Assembly: GCA_977030845.1 (NCBI GenBank) | Contig: OZ365118.1 | Location: forward strand, 20,398,001 to 20,462,000 | Length of the DNA stretch: 64,000 nucleotides | Reading direction: 5' to 3' | Origin: Fimbriosthenelais zetlandica | Lineage: Eukaryota | In this document: piece by piece, positions 14,101 to 25,800 of the stretch | How the letters are laid out: each line of letters starts with the position of its first letter | Position numbering within the stretch: position 1 is the stretch's first letter | Position numbers and translations under genes: made by a program | The notes under the pieces: generated by a model | Seen by the model: only the letters and a program-made list of their open reading frames with translations | Told to the model about the DNA's origin: nothing | Database searches by the model: none

Positions 14101-17100
14101 CACAGTGTTGCACATGAGTCATGTTGAATACATACAGGAGCTGAAAATGACCCTGACTTTTACTAGAAGTTAGAACCCCCCCTACCCTACATCCACTGCC
14201 CAGTGGCCAGCTGAGTGCAGTGAGACATGACCAAGTAAGACATGTCTTATAAATCTATTGGTTATGGACTTTTTCTCCTCACCTGACATTATTTTTGGTG
14301 GGCGGTCCCTTGGCACCAGTACCAAACCTCCCACCTCTAGATTTATGTCTTGTACACATGATGCTATCCACGAGTAATTGGGGAATTCAGTCGATGATTT
14401 AATTTTCCATCCATATTCATAATGGCCTCTTCTCATACCCTAGACATGGGTTTAGATTCTAAAATTGTGTACCACCTAAAGCGGCGGAGCAAGCCATGAA
14501 TGTTCACCGTCTGTCAGCCCCATGGTATAACATGCTGTACGACATCAACTTGTCCAGCACAGAATCTGGATTTTCAGATTCTTGGAGATTTCCTGAGGGC
14601 ATTAGGATCTTTATATAACATAAGGTTCACTATTCATGTTGACAATGTTTCCTTGGAAACGTTAGAGGTCCACGATTGATTTATCCCCTGATCGTAATCG
14701 GTAATGCCAGCAAGTGTCTTTAATCCACACCCTTCAGGGAGAATGAATAATCCATGAAGAATATTAACCTGATAAAAGCTAAATTAATTCTGCACCTGTT
14801 AAACCACTCAAAAGGACATGGGATTGATTAAAACTTTTACCTCCAGACACGGGGATTAGATGAGGAGGATTTATTTTCAAGCAGAATCCACTCAGTGTAA
14901 TGAGAGTGGTGGCTGGGTGACATGTTTCAGTGAGAGGTGACATGTTTCAGTGAGAGGTGACATGTTTCAGTGAGAGTGGTGGCTGGGTTACATGTTTCAG
15001 TGAGAGTGGTGGCTGGGTGACATGTTTCATTCTCTTTCCCTCCTGTAACGATCTAAACGGTTAAAGCATTTAAAACGATCCACATTTACAAGTCACATCT
15101 TAATGTAACATCCACCCACAGCTAAATACAAACCCCTGTCGGCCTGTATATCTGTGTTGAGTATATGTTGAGTATATCTGTGTTGAGTATATGTGTGTTG
15201 AGTATATCTGTGTTGAGTATATCTGTGTTGAGTATATATGTGTTGAGTATATCTGTGTTGAGTATATCTGTGTTGAGTATATCTGTGTTGGGTATATCTG
15301 TGTTGAGTATATCTGTGTTGAGTATATCTGTGTTGAGTATATCTGTGTTGAGTATATGTGTGTTGAGTATATCTGTGTTGAGTATATCTGTGTTGAGTAT
15401 ATATGTGTTGAGTATATCTGTGTTGAGTATATCTGTGTTGAGTATATCTGTGTTGAGTATATCTGTGTTGGGTATATCTGTGTTGAGTATATCTGTGTTG
15501 AGTATATCTGTGTTGAGTATATCTGTGTTGAGTATATGTGTGTTGAGTATATCTGTGTTGAGTATATCTGTGTTGAGTATATATGTGTTGAGTATATCTG
15601 TGTTGAGTATATCTGTGTTGAGTATATATGTGTTGAGTATATCTGTGTTGAGTATATCTGTGTTGAGTATATCTGTGTTGAGTATAGACCGTGGCCTTGC
15701 CAGCCTTTATACACCGTCTCCACGGATCAATACCAGATATTAAAGTGCACGAATCAACGAGGCGGGGATAAGTGTGATATTTTTTCAGGCTTTATCTGTG
15801 TGTCTCAGTCAGTCTCTGGTGACAAGGTTGTCAGCTGCCTGCTACACAATGATCACTCCTCGTTAGGCCAGGCACATTACATGTCTGCTAACTCTATTAT
15901 CACACAACTCATATCACTCTGAAGGAAAGGCAGATATGAAGGATAGATGCTTCATGTATTCCCTCTACTACCCATCTTCACATTCAAAAGATATATGATA
16001 GAAAAATGAGTGAGTGACTTAATGAGTTAATGGATATGTTAATTGATATTAGAACTCTTTGTTAGGCCCGGCATATTAACTACAATGCTACTTTCGCAAT
16101 CCCAATATAATAGGTTATAGGCAAAGGAACATGTATGGATGCACCATATTCCCTCTAAGTCTACTGTCCATCTTGATAGATCCAATGTCTGAAGAAGTGT
16201 CTGAATGAGCAAATGGATATATATCACTCCTATAATAAATTGAATTCACTAGTTGAGCTTCAATTCTGTTCAGATTTTTTCTCCACCCAGGCCAGTAAAA
16301 CATGTATAGTATTTTTTTTCCTGTCCTTAGTTGGACTGAGCTGTATTTTGCTGTATAAAGCTTATCGATCTTTTCGTCAGTATGAGACTCTAATTTGATC
16401 GCTCGCCAAATGCAGCTAAGTGGTGTATTTTGGAGGTGTTGCTATATATTCTGGCACATCTTGTATTTGTATGGGAATGGACTGAAGTAGGAAGTTAAAT
16501 ATGATTACCATGATGTGGGGGATTTCCTCCATTCCCAGCCCTTCTCTCACCTCGCTCTTTCTCTCTTCCTCTTCTCCCTCTTTTCCCATATGTCTTCCTA
16601 CCCCCTCCTTACTGCATCCTTGTATAAAGCCAGGAGAATTGAGTACAATGACATTACCTGCCTATATATTTGTCCTGTCCTAGACTTTAATCCAATTTAT
16701 AGCTTTGCACCTTTAAATTTAGATCCTGTGCATTTGTGAAATGCGATTTTCATGCCAATAATAGTTACCCTCCTGTAACCCCCTCCCCTCCACACACACA
16801 CACACACACACCCAATCCTATATTTGTGATCTAAACTTACCTGTTAATCCCCTTAATCCCTCGATTATCTCCTAATCCAAAATACATACCCCCTCTCTCT
16901 CCACCCAGTCACCCACCCTTCGCATGCTATACCCTTTGACAACAACCTATGTTCACAATAGGGCCCATTGACTCAGTATAACAAGCCTGTGGTCTGCCTA
17001 AATGGGAAGAGGTTGTCACAGAGTATAGGGCTTTGACAATCACCCTTCCCCATTCATTGTACATTCAGGTTCACCTGTGTTCAGTGTTTCAGACCTAGGT

Positions 17101-20100
17101 CAGAGAAAACAGTAAAGACGCTCACATCCCTGTATATCTAGGATCTAATTATATATTTACATTTATTTGGACATACTTGGATTGAAATATATTCCCCTCT
17201 GTGAAATTTTGGATTAATTTTCATTTAATAGGAGTAATAATTTCAAGCACTCAATATGTTAGGACTTCGTCTCAAATTGAGGTAGGACAATCATTTTAAG
17301 TGTTTAAATGTACCAGTTGTCATTAGTCTGGCAGTAATTTGTGACATGGAGTATCGAGGTTTTTGTTCAGTTTAAGCTTGGACTCTGTACCACCCATTGT
17401 GTATAACCCTTAGCGTGACCACAGAGCCCGGGTGGTGGACATACATGGAGGGACAATTAAACCAGACATGTTCACCTCTATTGGTCTATTGGATTAACCC
17501 ATTTTATGGCCTCCATTCTCTCTACATCAATACATGTTTCAATTTTACTCTTTGTTCAGAATTAGACCAGGGTAGCTTTTTGAAACATGGTGAAATGTAC
17601 AAGATATAGTCATGTTATCCCTGGAACAAATTTGGGTTTTGAACCATAAATCTGTTCTCTGGAAAGTCCTGATATGTTTTATCAATCATACGAGAAGGTG
17701 CACTCTATGGAAAGTGGACTAATCTTATCGCTCATGTGATTTGTAAATCTCAGGTCAGGACCGCCTTATGGCAAAAATCCATTACATGTATACTGAAACA
17801 TCCCATAATATACCGTAAACCATTCATGGAATGCTCAACACAAACTAAATTACCCACAAATAAGTTTTAAATAAAGTACTAAATACATTACATTTAGCGC
17901 CTTAAATATTGGGGGGAAATACTACAGCATGTAATCCCTCAAGAGAATGGGGATTTTGTAATTTTAAATATTTAATACATATTTTTGAGGGGAATTCATG
18001 TGATTTGTGCCAGAGTTTAAGGTCCAAGTATGTACATTAATATACGGATCTATCATTCTCATTTGAATCTTATGAAAGATCAAATTCATATAGGATTACC
18101 ACTATAGCACACCCTTGGCCTACTATTGCGTGTCTCATTCCACCTTCCATGATGACTAATATGTTCCAATATTCTGATGTCTTTTGGTAAGTTTATAAAG
18201 ATGATTCTTTCATATTCCTAATGTGAAAGTTTCCTGACATTTGATCTTATTTCATGGCAGCTTCGGAGGCCCTGCAGAAGATCTAAACTTACTAATAATA
18301 TGGCATTTCTGTGCTTTCAAATCAGGAGAAATTCCACTGATTTCTTTCACGTATATTTCACTTCTATGTGAGCGATTGCCTGAATGAAATACGATCTAAT
18401 ATGGCAGTAGTTGTTAAGAAGAAATGGCCGGATACTGTTACTGATATGAAATACGTCAGACCATCCATATTGCGGATACGCCAGGAAAACGATACATCAC
18501 CACATCTTTATATTGCGAGAAAAAAATGAAAAGTCAAAGCTGGAGGGCATGGTCTGAAAGATGTATGCCATACAGACGTGCCCCACGTCTCTAATCTGAC
18601 TACCATTCAATCTGACCAGGATTAACAACTCATCCAGGTCTTTCATATTCTTGTAATTTTCCATAATATAAAATGTTTAATGAACATTTAATGTGCAACC
18701 CGTATATTTACACATACAAATGTGACAGCAGTGAATGTACTATCCATGTATCTATCCCCTGTCACCCTGCCCCTATCCCACCCAGTCTCTCACCCCCACC
18801 CAGCCCCATCCCACCCGGTCTCTCTGCTCTCACCCAGCCCCTGGCCCCAGTCATTGATTGATAAATCCATCTCGCCATCCACCCATCCCATCCATCATGT
18901 CCCACGTTAGTATAAATCTCCCCCTGCTCTTTAAATGCTCCTTCATCCGCCCCCCGCCCCTCTACATCTAATGCTATTCCCCGTCCCAATCACAGTCAAA
19001 TATAATTCACCTTCACAGGAACACTTGTAACTTCCAGGGAAGGAACACGCTTTTCTATATCAATGTGAAATCTGCCTGGGAGGGCGCATGTCTTACAAGT
19101 ATTCCATCATTTCATCTAGATACATCTTCATTCTATATTCAGATACATCATATATACATTACTGTCCTATAGAGAGGATATGTATATCAGACATACCATT
19201 CAATCATCTCTACATAACAGAGATAGTGGATACATTGTCTATATCACTTATTTCATATACAACATGTCTGCGATCTAGGATGTCTAAGGGGAGTGGTGGG
19301 GGAAGTCAGGCCTGTGAAAAGGGGGACGGGGTGCATAATTGTGCCAAGAGAATGAAGTATTTGAAGTACATAAAATCTCTGAAAGGGTGTGAGTTCTGAC
19401 CCCCGAGCCCCCCACTTTTAGCCCCCTGGATCCAGCCTTATCTGTATGATAGAGAAGGGTAGGTGGTGTATGGGAGGTGGTGTATTGGTAATGTGATGAC
19501 ATGATCAATTACAATGAGATGGATGAAGTCTGAGACAGATATCAGACACAGATGATCCATCAAGACGTCACAATTATTTCATTTATCTCTGGTTGAGGAT
19601 GCATCATGGCAGTAATAAGATGCATCATGGCCGTAATAAGATGCATCATGGCAGGCATGGTGGTCATAGTCAGGCTTCACGGTGAGCGGGTAATGATGGC
19701 TCAACATGAGACCATTAAACACACCTCCACCCAGGATCAGTCTGTACCTGCCTGACCATTCACACCACTCAGATCAGGCTCTAATCCTACCCCTGAATGC
19801 TGCATATGTGTGTGGCTAATCTCTCAATTGATCTCGTATTTTGCCTGATTTAATCAGTCGAATAGACCATGTCACATTGACTGACTGATTTGTGTCGAAT
19901 AGACCATGTCACACTGACTGACAGACTTTGTATGAGTTTGAATGGAACTGAATATATTAGAACTTCCACACAAGGAGTTAAGCTGAACTTATAAGCGGCC
20001 AATTTCATCTCTGGCGTCCATAAATTTAATCATGGGAATAGATGAAATAACCTTACAACGAAAACTCTGTGGATTTACACTGAAAAGAGAGTTATTGTGT

Positions 20101-22769
20101 CATATGGGTTGGTGCTTGAGGGGTGAAGAAATGATCTGAGATCAAGAGACGAATCTGTGAACAAATGCTATAGATGTTGACCCTGTCAATGGGGAATGTT
20201 GAGGGTGGGAGTGGTAATAGAAGGAGGTGTATTGGTCATTGGCGTCACGTGGTATAGCCATCGGTCACTAAGTCTATGTGTGGTGGGGTTCTAATGAAGA
20301 CTATACATCACATGTACACCACCCACCACCAGCTCTTTGATTATCACAACTCTAAGGATCTCTCTCATTCCACACTCGCTCCCTCAGTGCAAGATGAAAC
20401 GGGTAGCGCTGGCGGCCAGGCTTGATGGGAAAAAGTGCAGGAAAAGAGGGAAAATGAGGTGAATCTGGTGCAGTGCTCTCATTGGTCGATGAGATGTGTT
20501 CACGCTTTCATGTTCCTCGTTCTGTTCTTATTGAAATATGCAAGATTATCTTCTCTGTGTAATGATTGCAATTAGACATGTTTAGTACTCATTATCACAC
20601 AATATAAATGATAAGTTATAGATTGATGGATGTCTGTGTGATATGAAGGTTTGATGTATTCATGGTGAATATATCAGAGCATCCATCTCTTGTCTTGGTA
20701 TCCATTAATTGGGTGTGAAGTGGTAGGGTAGAGGTCAGTCCACATCCCACCCTCCACCCTTCTCTCTCCCGCATCCTAAGTGACAGCTCTATTCCCAAGC
20801 CCCATGGATCCAGGCAGATCACGTCAGGCCAAGTAAATGACAAGGATCTTCCCAGGTCTATCCATCTTTCATATCAGAAATTCACTTCTCGGCCTCAGAT
20901 GTAATTTTGCATTAAATAATCGTTCAAAAATCAATTTGACAGTTCAAGGTAGGGTTTTTTTGCAGACATATTTTAGGGTTGGTTGGTGTGAGGAGAAACA
21001 GGTGTTTTTCTTGGCCTGGAAGCTGATCGCCTCTCAGGGCGCCCTCTGTCCACCTAGCCATACAATCATTTTAAGTGGTAATTCCTGGCGATCTCCAGGC
21101 CGACAATTGGGAGCGTCAGGTCGTGGGCATTCAGCGTAAAGGGTAGGGGTTAAGTGAGCCTGACCGACCTGCGTCCCCCTACCCCCCCCCCCCCCCTCCC
21201 TTACTACAGGATCTCACAAGAACAGGGCATTTCCTCCCATCCCTTGGTGATGGCCACAATATGGAGAGTGCATGGTTTTTTTCTTATTTTTTCTTCCCTG
21301 TGTAGTGTGGTTTTTCTTTGTGGTTTTCCATTTTTTCTCTTCCCTGTGTGCTAGGAATTTCCACACTTTTTCTTCCCTGTATGAGTGTGAATGTCCCGCT
21401 GATTTTGTAGTAATTTATGGCGAGTTTTGATGTTTTATTCCCCCTCCTGTGTTGTGAGGATTTCTCCTAATTTTGTATTAATTTATGGGAGTATTAATGT
21501 TTTATTTCTCCCGCATGTGTGGTGGGAATTGGGCGGTATCTGGGGCGGACTATGAGCAGGTATAATGGATGAGTGTATAAGGCCACACAGTCAGGGATCA
21601 TGGTAATCGGGATTGATTACCTTCCCCGATAGGCATCCATCAAGTCACACCAAGACGGCTCAAGTGTTACCATGTACTGCAGCAATGGAGAAATTCCTAT
21701 AGCACACTCAGGCCATGTTAGCAGCAACCTCCTCCCCCAGCCCAGCAACCTCCCCCTCCCCCAGCCCAGCAACCTCCCCCTCCCCCAGCCCAGCAACCTC
21801 CCCCTCCCCCAGCCCAGCAACCTCCCCCTCCCCCAGCCCAGCAACCTCACCCTCCCCCAGCCCAACAACCTCCCCCTCCCCCAACCCAGCAACCTCACTC
21901 TCCCCCAGCCCAGCAACCTCCCCCTCCCCCAACCCAACAACCTCCCCCTCCCCCAGCCCAACAACCTCCCCCTCCCCCAACCCAGCAACCTCACTCTCCC
22001 CCAGCCCAGCAACCTCCCCCTCCCCCAACCCAACAACCTCCCCCTCCCCCAATCCCCATCCCAACACTGGAATCTCTCTGAAAGTAACCCAACACCAAGG
22101 CCTTACAACTATCTACAATACCCCACCCATCCACCTCCCCACCAAGGTCCTACCACTATACCCCACCCATCCACCACCCCACCAAGGTCCTACCACTATA
22201 CCCCACCCCACATAGCACCAACTAATACCAAGGCCTCCCCCTACAACCACTCCTGCCACGTGTAATGAAAATAAATAAATGAGAGCAGGCTACTTCTGCT
22301 AGAAGTGATAAAAAGATGCTAACTGACATTCATTCTCCCCGCCACACTGCTACACCGAGTAGCAAGTATCTGAGGAGGAGTAGTAGATGAAAAGTGGGGA
22401 AAGATGTAGGTAAAAATTACCACTTGAAAATCACTACCACTTCAAGAATTATTGATTGATAAAAACATAGAGGATGTGAGAGACATGGATATCTTCACTT
22501 CCTCTCCTTCTATCTCTCCATCTCTCTCTTCAAGGCCAGGAAGTATAGAGTAGGTAGTATGAAGGAGATGTAAGGTACCTTGAGGGAGGCCTCGCTGCCA
22601 GGTATTGTACACAACCACCAGAGCAGACCAAGTGCAAGCAGCTTTTGTCATCACCAACTTGCCAACCTCTCTCATTCCTCTCATCTCTCGCTCTCTCACT
22701 CTCTAGCTCTCTCTCCTCTATACAGCTTTCTCTCTGTATCTTTCTCCTCTACCTTCTTCCCCCCCCCCC

Positions 22770-22848
<79 letters not shown>

Positions 22849-25800
22849 CTCTCTCTATCCCTCTCTACTTCTCTCTCCCACTCACTATGCCAATATGCCA
22901 TACTCCTGCCTACCTTTGCTTTATGTTTTATCAAAAGAAGACCAATCAATAAAGCCTTTTCTTTGATAGATGCCATAGCGGGGTTTAATCCGCACTAACT
23001 CTATCAGCTTCAGTCTAAATGCCATTTGGGTGTTAGCTGCATGTCTCTGGAATAAGGCGAGTTAAATAAATAAAGTGTGGAGGGAATTTAAAAGCCTGGG
23101 CTTCTTTGTGGATCAAAAGAGAGTGGTGTTAATGAAATATTCAGAGGTTGTGAGGCCCGCGTGGAGGCCCGGTGTGGAGGCCCTCAACAGAAAGCCCTTG
23201 TTTTCCCATTGTGTGCCACTACCCGGGGTGGAAGGAAGAGCGATGGCACTTAATATCTGTCTCAAGTTTTCCCCCTAAAATAAATAAATGAGGAATAAAA
23301 TGACCAGAATAATTAACAATTCACGGGCTCACTTTAATTAATTATTTTCGGAATTTAAATGATTGAATTAAAGTGGTATTTGTTTAATTGGAACATCTGG
23401 GTGGAACCCACAGATTATTTTTTTAAATTTTGTTAATCATTTATATAATGGATTTATTGTTTTGTGGTGTGATCGGGGATTGAGATCATTAAGAGTGTTT
23501 GGATGATGTTCCCTCAGTGATATGTCATCCATATGTTCACTACATCATCGGTTTTCATTTAAAATCTAATAATTCCCACTTAGTCTCATCAGTGAGGGAG
23601 ACTCCTGGGAGATAATATCCATTTTCTCCTCAGCCTCAGACTTCAATTATGCAGTTATCGGGCAATCACCCTCCTTAAGATGGCTGCGAACATTTTATCC
23701 CCCCGCATTTTAAATTAGAAAAAAGGACATCCTTCTTTCTTCATTCATCCTTCCTTGCTGAATTATTCAACAACCGTAAATCCTTTTATTTCTGTACAGA
23801 TAAATGTCATTCTACCAATAATAACAATTTATTATTTTAACAGCTAATTATTTTAACAGATCAAAGTTCAATTGTTCCAGGCTAGACTTCATTTATCATT
23901 TTTGGGGCCCAATATTGATAATTTTCATTTAATTGAGAATAATTTGACAATTATAAGTATGTTTACAATGTTGGCTATAGGTTGTTTATTTTGCCCTCAT
24001 GTTTAAACATGAGCCTATAATGGCCTACTTCCCTGACTCAGGTCTCATGCCCTCTCCCTGTACTAATTAATCCTGCCTTGTTCCATTGCCATAAAAAGCC
24101 CAGCAATACCGAGTGGCTCGCTTGGTAGCTGGTATTTCTCTTCACAGAGAACAATATTGATTTAGAAAACATTATGGCCTGACTGGGCAAATAAAACTTT
24201 TCTCGTTACACTATAAACTTTCTGCTATGGCCCTGTTTAATTGCGCAATCCAACAGTGGACTAGTAAACTTATTGGATTAAAAAAACTTTCTGAAAGCAT
24301 CATTAGTCCTATAACTAACTTCACATTGTTTTACACTGTAAAATGTGGAAAAAGCTTTACTCACTGAGAAAGTCAATCATGCTAGGAATTATCCTGCACA
24401 AGTTTAAATTGAATAAAATCCTAAGCATTACTATCAAAACATGATTGAAATCCTTGCTTCTGAATTTAGATTTGTTCGCACAATTTCATAATTAACTTAA
24501 AGCCTGAGATTAGAAGTGAAGTAATTGGATCTATTTTCTTGTAATTTCAGGTCAGTTAATTTGGAGTCTCGACAGGAGGAAAGGATGGAGGTAGACACAG
24601 ATAGTCCAGATTCTGCATCTCTTGCCTCGGGTGGCCCAGCCCCACCCTCGGGTGGCCCCAAAAAATCCTCGGGTGACGACAAAACCCCTTCGGATGGCCA
24701 AGCTCTACCCTCGGATGGCCCAGCTCTACCCTCGGATGGCCAAGCTCTACCCTCGGATGGCCCTGCTCCCTCGGGTGGCCCAGATCTACCTCCAGGTGGG
24801 CCATCTCCACCCTCGGGTGGGCCAGTTCCCACTCACCCATCATCTCTTTCACCCTCACAAGCTGAAGCCAGTCGTAATGAAGACATTGAGCTGGCTGGCA
24901 CTAAGGTACCATCAATAGCCACCAATGTGGCTGCTGCTGCTGCTTCAGCTGCTGCTGCTGCTGCTGTTATAGCTTCCAGCAGTCTCTCTCCCTCTCCCCC
25001 CTCATCCAGCCTCTCTCCCTCTCCTCCCTCCACCAGCCGAGTCTCAGACACTCTCACCACACCAGCCCTGACACACACCTCACCACACGTGAGACCAGAA
25101 ACATACAGTAAAGTTAGAATGAGGGTGAAAACAAAGCGGAAGAGGCTGCCCTCCCCTGACGAGGACACGGGGGAGGTGAGTAACGGTAATGTAGGGGTGG
25201 GATCCCCGCTGGAGGAGGAGGTGGAGGAGGGGGCCGGGGAGGAGGAGGAGGAGTGGACAGAACATAGTGATAAGGAAACACCTGACGACAGTACCAAGTG
25301 GAGGTGCATGCGATGCTCCTTACTCAACCCGGACCCCGTGGATTTATGCATCGCGTGTGATGAACCAAAGTCAGTGCTTCTCAAGAAGAATCCAGTTAAA
25401 ACAGTGGAGAGTAAAGTGGGAGGATTGGTGAGAAGTGTTGACAATGACAGGAGGAGTGGTGGGCGGTATGGGAAGAGGGTGCCTGGACTTAACCACTCTA
25501 CTAATACAGCTAACTGTGATGGTAGCGTCCATAATGCTCACCGCAATGATCTCAGGGATAAAATGGCCAACAGTGCATTCAACAGTAGCAGTAGTCAAGA
25601 TAGCTCCTCCCTTACACCTAGAGGTCCACAGGAGGCCAATAATGTTCCTGATGTCAACAGCAATACCCAGCCTGATATTGACAATTACCCGGCCTCCCCC
25701 ACCCCCGGGGGAGAGGACGGGGAAGATGTGATAGTGGTGGAGCATCGGGAGGGGGATATAGATTACGCGGTATGGAAGTGTAGGAGATGTACCTTAGAGA

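Noticed and set aside
14182-14436. [11 protein letters not shown] motif as an LTR-retrotransposon integrase remnant
   Set aside because: Only a few residues resemble the motif; there are no flanking RT, RNase H or integrase motifs and no LTRs.
15100-15922. Three long ORFs (STQIY, VLSIS, CVEYI repeats)
   Set aside because: These are translations of the 15-bp minisatellite; both strands are open because the unit lacks stops in those frames. No splice support or domain.
19280-19440. CCCCCTGGATCCAGCC as the end of a GGCGGATCCAG-type MITE
   Set aside because: No matching opposite terminus or TSD could be identified.
21617-22265. Four Pro- or Gly-rich ORFs ([16 protein letters not shown], etc.)
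   Set aside because: Artefacts of the 24-bp minisatellite; open on both strands at once.
22442-22998. Leu/Ser and Arg/Glu ORFs
   Set aside because: (CT)n microsatellite translations; the same applies to 41116-41521.
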